Of a DNA stretch of 64,000 nt, positions 46,862-56,735 are shown one piece after another. The notes under the pieces are model-generated. The model worked only from the letters and a program-made list of their open reading frames with translations, did no database searches and was not told the DNA's origin. Numbering within the stretch: position 1 is the stretch's first letter; each line of letters opens with the position of its first letter. Made by a program: the position numbers and the translations under genes. Source of the stretch: Pirellula sp. (GTDB taxonomy: Bacteria > Planctomycetota > Planctomycetia > Pirellulales > Pirellulaceae); contig JANPNA010000231.1 of the NCBI GenBank assembly GCA_031427235.1, positions 19,139-83,138 of the forward strand, written 5' to 3'.

Positions 46862-49566
46862 TACGGTTGACTCTCGAACAGCCGAATAGTTTCATCCAAC
46901 GTGTATTGCAACTCGTCGTCCATCTCGTAATTCAAGACATCTAAAACCGCTTCCTGCATGTCCGTTCCTTTCAGATAGCTGCATGCACGAACCGCTTCGA
47001 TTCGAACACGTCCATGCTTGTCATTGAGCTGGGCTTTCATCAAGGAGTTGACGTTTGGAACGTCATCGCGCCAATAGCAGAGAACGCGCGTCGCCGCTGC
47101 CCGGGCTCTCGGCTCGGAACAGGTAAGCAATTCACGCAGCAGGGTCTCTTCTACACCATTGTGAGTTTGATAGAGCCATAACCCTTCCAATCGTAAATGA
47201 ATGGAGTCGGAATCGGTCGCCGGTATCTTGGATAGCCAAGTCTTGAGACCATCCATGACATCTTTAGACGGGCGAGCCGCCAATTCTCTTCGCACGCGAT
47301 AGCGAGTTCTGTCTTCTGGTTCTCTCATGAGTTCCAACAGCGAAGCGATCGAAGCCTTATCGATCTGCGGTGCCTTCACGACGGGGCGGTTTTTGGCAGC
47401 AACTCGCCAGATGCGACCGTGGGAATGATCCCGATTTGGCTCGCGAAGATTATGTTGCAAGTGACCGATGAGGGCGTTGTGCCAATCGATGATGTAGAGA
47501 GCACCGTCCGGCCCAAATTGCAGATCGACAGGCCGAAAATTTCCGTCTTCGCAATAGACCAGGGGAGTGACCTCTTTTCCTTCGAACCCTGAGTCCTTGT
47601 CGGCCATCGAATGCTGAAGAACACTTCGATCACCGATAACATTGTTGATCAAAAAGTTCCCTTGGTCCTTTTCCAAAAATTGGCGGCTCGAAACGATTTC
47701 GCAACCGGACGAGGGACGGGTTCGCTTTTCGATAAAGTGCCGAGGTTCTTTTTCTATCTTGGAGCCAGGATTATCGTGTCCCTTGGCTTGCGATCCCCCC
47801 GGATGTTTGTCTGGATAGATGGACTTGCCCGAAATAGGTGTTGCCCAATAGTTGTAACCAGGGGAAGCGTCCGCGATGAAGTTTTGACCCCATTTGTCAA
47901 AGACGTGGCCCCATGGATTGGCAAACGAAAGCGACGAATGCACTTCCATTCGTTCCGTTCTGGGATCGTAACGCCAAACGCCTGCTTCTGAGAGTCGCTG
48001 CAAGCCATAGGGGGACTCTACTTGCGATTGCTTGAACGTGCCTTCATTGAAGTACAGGGCTCCGTCCGGTCCCCATTCAAAAGCGGCCAAACCGTGATGC
48101 GAATCGGCCGTATCAAATCCGAAGAGTTTGCGAACGCGAGTGTCCGCTTTGTCATCGCCGTCGGTGTCCTTCAAGAACAGGATGTCCGGCTGTTCGGCAA
48201 CGTAGGCACCTCCATGCCCAAGTTCAAAGCCAGTCGGCTGATGCAGTCCGTCGGCAAAGACTTTGCATCGATCCGCGCGACCGTCTCCGTTGTCATCTTC
48301 GAGGATCAAAATCTTGTCGTCAAGTTTCGTTTTGGGTTTCCACTGAGGATAGCTGGGCATCGTCGAGACCCACATTCGTCCTTTCGAATCGAAGTTCATT
48401 GCGACGGGCTTGGCTAGATCCGGGAACATCTCTTCCGAAGCAACCAACGTGATCTCGTAGCCTGGCGCCATCTTAAACTTCGATTGCTGCTCCTCTGCCG
48501 TCAGGTAATCTAGTGAACCCAGTTTCCCGGTCTTGCGATTGGGATCGTTATCATTTACCCCTACATTCGACTTGGGCTCGATAAATGGGAGGGTGTTCGA
48601 GTCGTCTATAATATCGGGGACGGGTTGTCCTTGAGCAATCTTGGAGATGCGAGCATCGCGATTGGCACACATCTGATCGAGGATCTCGCGCTCACGCTCC
48701 ATGACTTCGCGATTGCGGTAGGTTCCATCGGATCCCGCTTCGCCTCGCTTGCCGTAAATCGAGTATCCGTTGACCGCTCGATAGCGATGCCACCAATGAA
48801 AGTTCTTGTCATCAATGGCCGCGAGCAGCGTTGGATTTGCGTTGTGTTTTTTCGCGGTAGGGCCAAACAATCGATCATTGAGAATCGTCGCGAGAGCGGC
48901 GTATCCATCTTTATTCAAATGAGAACCGTTGCTCGTCAGTCGATCGTTTGTTTGATCGAAGAGTTTCAACGTGGGTGCGAAGAGATCGACATAGCCAACT
49001 TTGGTCTGGCTGCAGACATCGCGTAGCGCAGCCGCATAGACGGCAATGTTGGTATTGTGTTGTTCACCGTTTGGAAGGTTTTTGTCGCCAGTATTTTCAA
49101 AAGCGATGGGCGAAACAAACACGATCCGCGGCTGGCCATCGCCTGAATAGTTTTGTTGCTTGGTGTGAGAGATCAATTCGCGAATCTCTTTCTTGAACGC
49201 GTCCAAACCATTGGGACCCGCGAACGATTCGTTGAATCCGAAAAAGAAGAGAATGACTGAGGCCTTGGAGTGCGTAAGATGCACGTCCGGTTCGCCAAAG
49301 TTCATCGATCGAATCCGTGTCACCGGTTCATCGCCCGGGAAACACAAATTGCGGACCGATAGCTCCAGGTCTGGAAAACGCTGGTAGAGGTCGCGTTCCC
49401 ATTGATTGTAATGCTGAAGTCGCTCGCCAATCGCATTTCCGACGAGACAGATACGATCTCCTTTCTTAAGCTCCAATTCTGCCGAAAAACAGGGTGATGC
49501 AAGTAGCAACCCAATTGGAAGGACGAAGAGGCACGCCAGCCAATCAGAAAACCGAAGGTAAATCAT
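46861..49566 (-). CDS. PVC-type membrane-bound dehydrogenase-like protein (SGNH + beta-propeller + HEAT)
   Basis: GNAIG, GFNES, NGSHLN; LVASEEMFP, DDNGDGRAD, FRPVDLQFGPDGALY, HGRIWR. Confidence 0.92.
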   Translation of the reverse strand: MIYLRFSDWLACLFVLPIGLLLASPCFSAELELKKGDRICLVGNAIGERLQHYNQWERDLYQRFPDLELSVRNLCFPGDEPVTRIRSMNFGEPDVHLTHSKASVILFFFGFNESFAGPNGLDAFKKEIRELISHTKQQNYSGDGQPRIVFVSPIAFENTGDKNLPNGEQHNTNIAVYAAALRDVCSQTKVGYVDLFAPTLKLFDQTNDRLTSNGSHLNKDGYAALATILNDRLFGPTAKKHNANPTLLAAIDDKNFHWWHRYRAVNGYSIYGKRGEAGSDGTYRNREVMEREREILDQMCANRDARISKIAQGQPVPDIIDDSNTLPFIEPKSNVGVNDNDPNRKTGKLGSLDYLTAEEQQSKFKMAPGYEITLVASEEMFPDLAKPVAMNFDSKGRMWVSTMPSYPQWKPKTKLDDKILILEDDNGDGRADRCKVFADGLHQPTGFELGHGGAYVAEQPDILFLKDTDGDDKADTRVRKLFGFDTADSHHGLAAFEWGPDGALYFNEGTFKQSQVESPYGLQRLSEAGVWRYDPRTERMEVHSSLSFANPWGHVFDKWGQNFIADASPGYNYWATPISGKSIYPDKHPGGSQAKGHDNPGSKIEKEPRHFIEKRTRPSSGCEIVSSRQFLEKDQGNFLINNVIGDRSVLQHSMADKDSGFEGKEVTPLVYCEDGNFRPVDLQFGPDGALYIIDWHNALIGHLQHNLREPNRDHSHGRIWRVAAKNRPVVKAPQIDKASIASLLELMREPEDRTRYRVRRELAARPSKDVMDGLKTWLSKIPATDSDSIHLRLEGLWLYQTHNGVEETLLRELLTCSEPRARAAATRVLCYWRDDVPNVNSLMKAQLNDKHGRVRIEAVRACSYLKGTDMQEAVLDVLNYEMDDELQYTLDETIRLFESQP

Positions 49567-50048
49567 TTGTTGAATACACCGTAGGGAGAGGACTGATACG
49601 AGAGAGGTACTCTAGAATAAACACCCTGGGTGATTTGCGAAAGGTTGTAGTCAATAGGTTGGGCAAGAATAAGCAAAAGGGCTTACCGTGACTGCTACTT
49701 GCAACGTCCATCCTCACAGTCGCTGAGCCGCCGGATTTCCCTTCGGCAAATCCGGCGGGCAGACCAGAACTGCGGATACTGCCCGCGAATGATCCTGAAG
49801 GATGGCCTTCAGAAAAGCAAGAACCTCACTCAAAGGCAACTTTCGATGTTGCTCGGCGTCAGTTTTACGGAGCGATGGATCTACGGTTTTTAGGACGGGA
49901 AACAAAATATAGCAATTTCTGAGCATCCCGATCCGAATCTAGTCTCTGCAAGCGATTTGAGTTAAAATGGGTTTTGATTCCCAATGCGACGCCGCCCATT
50001 GGTTCCTACCACAATACAACCTTCCCTCCCTTTCCTGGTCGCACCGTC

Positions 50049-51224
50049 ATGGCTTCTATCCCTTGGTCCGTTGCAGAAGATTCACTCGACGTGAATTTCT
50101 CCGTGCCGCAATTGCTTCGACTGCGTTGCACCCGCGATTGCTTCGCCGAAGATTGGGATCAGGTCTTGCCTCTTCTCAAAACGGACTCCGCCAAAGCCCG
50201 CGTCCAAATTTGGATCGATCGCAGTGTGGTGGACAGTAACGGGGCAATACTACGCAACTTGTCGCAGCGATTAGCAGAGTCGGACGATACGATCGATCTG
50301 GTTGCTCCTATTGCACTTGTCGACGGTGGCGAGCAGATCAAAAACGACCCGGACGCAATCGAAAACATCTTTCGGGCTATCGATCGCGATGGGCTCGACC
50401 GCCGCAGTTACGTCTTCGTCATAGGTGGCGGAGCGGTGCTCGATGCAGTCGGATATGCGGCTGCGATCGCTCATCGCGGTATTCGCTTGATTCGGTTCCC
50501 TACCACCACCCTTGGGCAAGCCGACTCCGGCGTTGGCGTTAAGAACGCAATTAATGCGTACGGAAAAAAGAATTGGAAGGGGACGTTTTCCGTCCCATGG
50601 GCCGTCGTCAATGATCAGACCCTCATCGCCAATTTGCCGGACCGCGATTTCCGGGCAGGCTTCTCGGAAGCTGTCAAGGTATCGTTGCTTAAGAGTTCAT
50701 CGTCCTTTCGATTCCTTTGCGATCATGCCAAGTCAATCGCAAATCGCGATTGGAATGCTGTGATGCCTGCCATCCGTTCCAGCGTACTGATGCATCTGCA
50801 CCATATAACCCATGGTGGCGACCCGTTTGAAATGCAAGAAGCCCGGCCTCTCGACTTTGGCCATTGGTCCGCGCACAAACTAGAACACCTGACCAACTTC
50901 CGTTTGCGCCACGGCGAAGCCGTCTCGATAGGCGTTGCCCTCGATACCGTTTACTCTCATTTGGTACACGGTTTGGATCGCGCAGACGTGCAACGAACAC
51001 TCAAAGTCCTCAGCGACCTCGGCCTGCCACTTTTTGATATTGAACTTGCCGAACAGGCAATTTTTGATGGCTTGGAGGAGTTTCGACAGCACTTGGGTGG
51101 TAGACTAACCGTCACTATGCTGAGGGCCGTTGGCCATAGCATCAATGTCCATGAAATCGACCAACCTGCCATGCGCAGAGCTATCGAAATCGTACGCGAG
51201 CAAAGTCTGGTTCTTTCCCAATGA
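50049..51224 (+). CDS. aroB: 3-dehydroquinate synthase / EboD-like sugar-phosphate cyclase
   Basis: GGEQIKN, IGGGAVLD, PTT.L.Q.DSGVGVKN, FGHWSAH, LRHGEAV. Confidence 0.88.
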   Translation: MASIPWSVAEDSLDVNFSVPQLLRLRCTRDCFAEDWDQVLPLLKTDSAKARVQIWIDRSVVDSNGAILRNLSQRLAESDDTIDLVAPIALVDGGEQIKNDPDAIENIFRAIDRDGLDRRSYVFVIGGGAVLDAVGYAAAIAHRGIRLIRFPTTTLGQADSGVGVKNAINAYGKKNWKGTFSVPWAVVNDQTLIANLPDRDFRAGFSEAVKVSLLKSSSSFRFLCDHAKSIANRDWNAVMPAIRSSVLMHLHHITHGGDPFEMQEARPLDFGHWSAHKLEHLTNFRLRHGEAVSIGVALDTVYSHLVHGLDRADVQRTLKVLSDLGLPLFDIELAEQAIFDGLEEFRQHLGGRLTVTMLRAVGHSINVHEIDQPAMRRAIEIVREQSLVLSQ

Positions 51225-51237
51225 ATGCTGTGGCCCA

Positions 51238-51825
51238 ATGAATGCTGTGGAAAGTGAAGTAGTGCAAGCAGCAGATTGCACTGGTCTCTATTTGGTTCGC
51301 GTTGGATACCAGCAGGAAGTGATTCCGGTCCAAGCGGGAACCATTGCTCTGACTCGCGGGGAACGAATCCTATGCCGAACAACCCGAGGCATCGAAATGG
51401 GCGAGGTATTGGCTGCTACGCATCCGGACTACATCGAAACGATTGCTGCCAACAAGTTCATTCGCAAGTCTCGGCCCGAAGACGAACTATTGTGGCGACA
51501 ACTGGCCAAGCTCAGTATTGACGCAAGCTCCGCGTGCCAAGATTTCTTGCAAGGGCAGTCAAGCCCAGACGTTTTGCTCGAAGTGGAGCCGCTTATGGAT
51601 GGGCGTACTCTCTATTTTCATTTCCTGGGCACTCCGTCCTTAGAATCCGAGCAGCATGTTCAAAAGCTCTCTGAAATCTATCAAAAAAGCGTTTCCTCCT
51701 CCCGTTTTGCAGCCTTGTTAGAGCATGGGTGTGGTCCAGGTTGCGGCACCAAAGAAAAATCGGGCTGCAGCACTGGCGGCTGTGCTGTCTGCGCGATTGC
51801 TGGCGGTTGCACTTCTAAGAAATAA
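51238..51825 (+). CDS. PSP1/RicT-like protein with Cys-rich C-terminus
   Basis: RTTRGIEMGEV, EVEPLMDG, GCGPGCG...GCSTGGCAVC. Confidence 0.8.
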   Translation: MNAVESEVVQAADCTGLYLVRVGYQQEVIPVQAGTIALTRGERILCRTTRGIEMGEVLAATHPDYIETIAANKFIRKSRPEDELLWRQLAKLSIDASSACQDFLQGQSSPDVLLEVEPLMDGRTLYFHFLGTPSLESEQHVQKLSEIYQKSVSSSRFAALLEHGCGPGCGTKEKSGCSTGGCAVCAIAGGCTSKK

Positions 51826-51832
51826 CTTCCCT

Positions 51833-52960
51833 ATGTCTCATCCAATCTCGTCCCACCATCGTTCTTGGATCGCTAAGCGAACGTTGGCTTTCGACTCCAG
51901 CGGGATTCGTCGGGTCTTTGAATTAGCGGCATCGCTCAAGAATCCGATCAACTTATCGATCGGCCAGCCCGATTTCGATGTCCCTGAACCCATTAAGAAA
52001 GCTTGCGTGGAGGCCATTGAGCAAGGCAAGAACGCCTACGCGCCGACTCAAGGCATCGGGCCTTTACGAGAACGTCTTCAAGCGGACGTCGATCGCAAAT
52101 ACCAACATCCAGACCGAAAGGTTTTTATCAGCTCAGGAACCAGCGGCGGTCTCGTCCTGTCGATGCTGTCCATGGTCGATCCAGGCGACGAAGTCATCGT
52201 GTTCGACCCGTACTTTGTCATGTACGTGCCGCTCATTCAATTGGTGGGTGGAGTGCCAGTACTCATCGATACGTATCCCGACTTTCGAATCGACCTCGAC
52301 AAGGTCCGCGATGCAATCACTTCCAAAACGAAGATGGTCCTTTTCAATAGTCCCGGCAATCCAACAGGAGTTACCGCCACACTGGAAGAGATGGAGGGGC
52401 TTGCAAAACTGTGCGCCGAAAAAAATATTGCGCTGATTTCGGATGAAATTTATAGCGGTTTTCATTTTTCAGGCCCAATGCGATCTCCGGCTGAATTCAA
52501 TCCCAACACCATCGTCATCGATGGATTTTCTAAGAGTCATGCGATGACCGGTTGGCGTTTGGGTTATGTGCATGGCCCAAATGAAGTGATTCAGACGATG
52601 ATCAAACTTCAGCAGTACTCTTTCGTCTGCGCGCCAACACCGATGCAGTGGGGAGCACTGGCTGCCATGGATCACGATATGAGCCAATACTACCGCGACT
52701 ATGCTGGAAAACGCGATCGCATGGTCGCGGGTCTCAAAGATTATTATGAGTTTACGGAACCTGGCGGTGCGTTTTATATTTTTCCCAAGGTGCCGTCAGG
52801 GACCGCGACCGATTTTGTACGCCGAGCGGTCGAACATGAGTTGCTGATTATCCCCGGCAACATTTTTTCGGGCCGCGACACCCATTTTCGCATTTCGTTT
52901 GCGGCCCCCGATGCAACTTTGGACAGAGGAATCGAAGTCTTAAGAAAGCTAGCTCGTTAA
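51833..52960 (+). CDS. PLP-dependent aminotransferase class I/II
   Basis: LSIGQPDF, NSPGNPTG, SDEIY, GFSKSHAMTGWRLG. Confidence 0.96.
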   Translation: MSHPISSHHRSWIAKRTLAFDSSGIRRVFELAASLKNPINLSIGQPDFDVPEPIKKACVEAIEQGKNAYAPTQGIGPLRERLQADVDRKYQHPDRKVFISSGTSGGLVLSMLSMVDPGDEVIVFDPYFVMYVPLIQLVGGVPVLIDTYPDFRIDLDKVRDAITSKTKMVLFNSPGNPTGVTATLEEMEGLAKLCAEKNIALISDEIYSGFHFSGPMRSPAEFNPNTIVIDGFSKSHAMTGWRLGYVHGPNEVIQTMIKLQQYSFVCAPTPMQWGALAAMDHDMSQYYRDYAGKRDRMVAGLKDYYEFTEPGGAFYIFPKVPSGTATDFVRRAVEHELLIIPGNIFSGRDTHFRISFAAPDATLDRGIEVLRKLAR

Positions 52961-53004
52961 GTCATCCGTTCGGGGCTTGCCTCCGACAGATGCGTTTTAA
53001 AGCA

Positions 53005-53101
53005 CTAGTGCTTTGTGACAGCTTAATTTTAGGGTAGTGTATCTTGTTAAAGATCCGGCAGGATTCGGATCTTTAACAAGATCCACTACGGCCAACCCTA
53101 G
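53005..53101. repeat. Family A element
   Basis: Matches 7458-7555. Confidence 0.9.
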
Positions 53102-53265
53102 TAAAGGATATCGCAATTAGCACGCCAAAATAAGGTTGATGGGGGACAAGCCCCCGAAAAACCTGAGGGACAATATCGCCTGATCAAACAGTCACTCCGA
53201 ATTCTCATTAATTCGGCTACAATAAGAACGGTTGGAATCGAACTTCTCATGAGGTTGCCGCTGAT

Positions 53266-54009
53266 ATGTTTCACTTAAAACGAATTCCCTATACGCTGTT
53301 CGCGTTGCTTGTTTGCCTGACCCTTGGAATGGCACGTCCCCTTGCGGCAGACGATGCTGCAAAATCGGATAAGCCCGTCAAGCCGAACGGAACGATTGCC
53401 GATCCGGCAGTTGTGGGTGGCGAATCTGGTTCCGTAATCAAAGTCGCTAACCTTGTTTACGCCGGTACCAAGACCAGCGAATGCTTTTCCGACCACTTCT
53501 TGCGACGTGCCGAAGAATCCTCTTCGATCAGTACCAGCCGCCGACTGCATTCGGTGAAACTGGCGAGCGACGAAGTCTACAACTTCCCAATGCTGATCAT
53601 GAATGGCGAAGGTGAGTTCACCCTGCTCTCCCAAGAACGAGACAATCTACGTCGATTCATTCAACGAGGGGGCTTCTTGCTGGCTTCGGCTGGTTGTTCC
53701 TCCAAAGAATGGAACCAGTCCTTTCGCCGTGAGATGGCCACTGTTTTTCCAGAGCAGTCGTTGAAGGCCATCGGTATGGAGCATCTTGTCTTTCATACGG
53801 TCTACGATATCGGCGGACTCAATGCCAAGCACGGTACGCCTCAGCAACTGGAAGGGCTGCATTTTGGGACGCGTCTCGGCGTCCTCTATTCGCAGGATGG
53901 TCTCAACGACACTTCGAACACGCAGGGATGTTGTTGTTGCGGAGGGAATGAAATCACCAATGCAGAACAGATTAACGTCAACGTATTGATCTATAGCCTC
54001 CTTCAATGA
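53266..54009 (+). CDS. DUF4159-like secreted protein with CCCC motif
   Basis: FPMLIMNGEG, NLRRFIQRGGFLL, H.VFH..YDI; C-terminal GCCCCGG. Confidence 0.8.
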   Translation: MFHLKRIPYTLFALLVCLTLGMARPLAADDAAKSDKPVKPNGTIADPAVVGGESGSVIKVANLVYAGTKTSECFSDHFLRRAEESSSISTSRRLHSVKLASDEVYNFPMLIMNGEGEFTLLSQERDNLRRFIQRGGFLLASAGCSSKEWNQSFRREMATVFPEQSLKAIGMEHLVFHTVYDIGGLNAKHGTPQQLEGLHFGTRLGVLYSQDGLNDTSNTQGCCCCGGNEITNAEQINVNVLIYSLLQ

Positions 54010-54022
54010 CATTGTATTTTCA

Positions 54023-55345
54023 ATGACGGCGAAACAAACCATTTGGTGTTGGCTTTTCACAGCCCTTTGCTTGTTGGGCTGTGGTCCGTCGACCTCCTCC
54101 CACCTGCATATTGTTGTCAGCGGTGACACGGCAGGCTGGATTACTCCCTGCGGTTGTACCGCGAATCAATCGGGAGGCCTCGAGCGAAGAGCCACTCTTA
54201 TCAAGTCTTTCGGAGCAATCGATCGTGTGGTTTATCTAGACGTCGGTGGGTCCGCGGCAGGCAAATCGGAATACCAGCAAGTCAAGTTGAAATCGATCCT
54301 TCAGGGCGATCAGCTAATGGGGCTCGAGGTGCACAATATCGGGGCTCCGGAAACGCAATTATCACCAGAGACGATCGTTAGAATAGGCAAGGAGGCAAAA
54401 GCAAAATGGCTGTCCGCCAACCTTCAAATGGTTAACGCCGACGATTCGACTCAGAGTGCGATCGCTTCGCATCGAGTTGTTGTGAGGCACGGCGTGCGAA
54501 TTCTCGTTACCGGCGTTATCGACCCGAGTTTAGTAAAAAACCCATTATGGAAAGCCCGAGAGGCCTCCTCGAGTGTTCTAGCTGTACTTCAAAAGGAGCG
54601 AGCCGATATCCGCATCGTTCTGGCTTATATGGAGGAACCGGGCTTACGAGCTTTAGCGGAGTCGTTGCCGGAAGTGGACTATGTTGTTGGAGGTCCCACC
54701 GGACAGATGTTGGCTCCGTCCAGTGTGGGACCGGTCGAAGTCATGTCCGCGACCAATAAAGGTAAATTTCTTGCCAAGATTGAATTGCAAAAAATGGAGA
54801 AAGGCTGGAAGGCCGTTCAACGAGGTGCCGTTGAAGTCAAAAGTACACTGCCGCGTGATGCGGGACAGTCCAAGAATCTTGACAACTTCCTCAGCACGTT
54901 GGCGGATCGGGATTTTCCGGCAGACGAAACTGGGCTTGTAACGAGTCATGCTGCAAATATTCCAAATCAGCATAACTACCAAATCGCCGGTTCGCATACC
55001 TGCATTGCTTGCCACCAACAGGATGACCAAGCTTGGCATTCCTCCAAGCATTCCCATGCGTGGCAAACGTTGGTGGACAAACGCTCCCAGGTCGACCCCT
55101 CGTGCCAACAGTGCCACACGACTGGCTATGGTATCGCGGGTGGTTTTGTTCAAGTGGCCAAGTCGGCTGCATTCGTTAATGTTGGATGCGAAAGCTGTCA
55201 CGGCCCATCTCAATCGCATGTGTTGAATCCGAAAGTAAAAACAGCCTACTTGTCTCGGGAACAGTGCGTTCGATGCCATGATCATGAGAACAGCCCAGAG
55301 TTTGACTACACCAAGTACTGGTCGAAAATTGCCCACGGTCGATAA
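54023..55345 (+). CDS. Lipoprotein: 5'-nucleotidase-like domain plus tetraheme c554-type cytochrome
   Basis: Lipobox LLGC; SGDTAGWITPCGC..QSGGL.RR; CIACH, CQQCH, CESCH, CVRCH. Confidence 0.9.
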   Translation: MTAKQTIWCWLFTALCLLGCGPSTSSHLHIVVSGDTAGWITPCGCTANQSGGLERRATLIKSFGAIDRVVYLDVGGSAAGKSEYQQVKLKSILQGDQLMGLEVHNIGAPETQLSPETIVRIGKEAKAKWLSANLQMVNADDSTQSAIASHRVVVRHGVRILVTGVIDPSLVKNPLWKAREASSSVLAVLQKERADIRIVLAYMEEPGLRALAESLPEVDYVVGGPTGQMLAPSSVGPVEVMSATNKGKFLAKIELQKMEKGWKAVQRGAVEVKSTLPRDAGQSKNLDNFLSTLADRDFPADETGLVTSHAANIPNQHNYQIAGSHTCIACHQQDDQAWHSSKHSHAWQTLVDKRSQVDPSCQQCHTTGYGIAGGFVQVAKSAAFVNVGCESCHGPSQSHVLNPKVKTAYLSREQCVRCHDHENSPEFDYTKYWSKIAHGR

Positions 55346-55349
55346 AAGA

Positions 55350-55515
55350 CGACGGCGTGAAAATGCCCCCGAGTTTACTCGGGGGATGTTTACCACAGCT
55401 CTAGAGCAAAGGTCAAAACCCTCGGCATAAAGCCGACGGCATGAAAATGCCCCCGAGTTTTACTCGGGGGATGTTTACCATAGCTCTAGAGCAAAGGTCA
55501 AAACCCTCGGCATAA
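55350..55515. repeat. Two tandem family B units (~82 bp period)
   Basis: Near-identical consecutive copies between convergent genes. Confidence 0.92.
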
Positions 55516-55517
55516 CC

Positions 55518-56732
55518 CTAATCAATTCGGTTGGCTTCGTTCGACAAACGATCGAGCATTGATTGCATGCGTTCCCGCAACCTTTTCATGATCGGATCTT
55601 CTTCACCTCGCGGGGTTCGGTCTGTCGGCACCTCGATCGGTTCGTCTATTTGAAGGATCACTTCTAGCGGGCCATGAACTCCTGCCCGATCGGTAATGTC
55701 TTCCTCGAGTCGCTCCACCGTCTCGAGAATTCGTGTATCGGTAGTAGGCGCGATCAAATAGTCTGGCGGATAGGATGCAATTTGCTGCGACAGATAGATT
55801 CGAGACAATTGGGTCCAACGTCGCTCGCGTTCGCGTTCGTCCAACTCCCCAGTGGTCAACTCGGGTACGATCTTCATTCGCAAGGCTTTGATGCGAGGAA
55901 TAATTGTTTCGACCCCTATTTTGCCTAACCACTCTTGCTCGAGGGGGCAGAGCAGATGGTCGACAAGCCGCTGCTGACGATCCTCGATACTCCCTTGTTG
56001 GGCCGATCCTAAATACTCTATTTCTTTGAGACTCAGCATGGCCAGCGTGATGCGATGGATGCGTTGCAAGGTTGTCGTCTCTTTGAGCAGCGTCCAAGTC
56101 AGTCGTTTTTCCAACGCATCCAAGGTGGGATCGACCGACTTCTCGAGATCGCCGTGGAACACATATTTGATCGCCACTGGGTGAATGACGACTTTGCCTG
56201 TACCACCATCCTTGGCCCGCCGTTTGGCCGCTGTCCTAGCCATGAAGGCGACGCCGTCCAACAACGGCTGAAGTCGATCGTTGGTGCGAAAGACCGTACC
56301 CTCTGGAAAGACCACCAAAGGTCTTTTGGGGTTGACCAACATGTCGATGGCTGTGTCGAGCGATTGTCGGTCAAGGCCTTCGCGATAGACACTGAATGCC
56401 CCCATGGTGCTTAGTGCCCAACGTTGCCAACGACTTTGTTGAAACAGATGCCAACTCGCCATCGCAAACATGGGAACCTGTGCTTCGCGGGCCAAGAACG
56501 CCATGACCAGCGGATCCGCGTAGCGACAATGATTGGGCGCGAGCAAGACGCCGTGCCCCTGCCGCATCGACTCTCGCAAGTGGTCGACACCATGCAATTG
56601 ATGCGATACGACCCCTTCGAATTTGCGAAGATACCACGGGACGATACCGAGCGTGAGAATCACCTTGGGTAGAAAGTTTCCTCGATGCGGCGGGATGAAC
56701 TGGTACGGTTTCTCAATGATGATGTCTTGCAT
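55518..56732 (-). CDS. 1-acyl-sn-glycerol-3-phosphate acyltransferase family protein
   Basis: NHCRYAD, GAFSVYR, VFPEG. Confidence 0.92.
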   Translation of the reverse strand: MQDIIIEKPYQFIPPHRGNFLPKVILTLGIVPWYLRKFEGVVSHQLHGVDHLRESMRQGHGVLLAPNHCRYADPLVMAFLAREAQVPMFAMASWHLFQQSRWQRWALSTMGAFSVYREGLDRQSLDTAIDMLVNPKRPLVVFPEGTVFRTNDRLQPLLDGVAFMARTAAKRRAKDGGTGKVVIHPVAIKYVFHGDLEKSVDPTLDALEKRLTWTLLKETTTLQRIHRITLAMLSLKEIEYLGSAQQGSIEDRQQRLVDHLLCPLEQEWLGKIGVETIIPRIKALRMKIVPELTTGELDERERERRWTQLSRIYLSQQIASYPPDYLIAPTTDTRILETVERLEEDITDRAGVHGPLEVILQIDEPIEVPTDRTPRGEEDPIMKRLRERMQSMLDRLSNEANRID

Positions 56733-56735
56733 GAG

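Noticed and set aside
49714-49926. 70-aa ORF in the divergent intergenic region
   Set aside because: No recognisable motif or RBS, so it cannot be supported.
50049-51224. ebo cluster or secondary-metabolite cyclitol locus
   Set aside because: No other ebo-type genes (UbiA, TatD, EboE) are adjacent.
55350-55515. Possible CRISPR or tRNA pair
   Set aside because: Whole units are duplicated with no variable spacer, and there are no tRNA T-loop or acceptor stem features.
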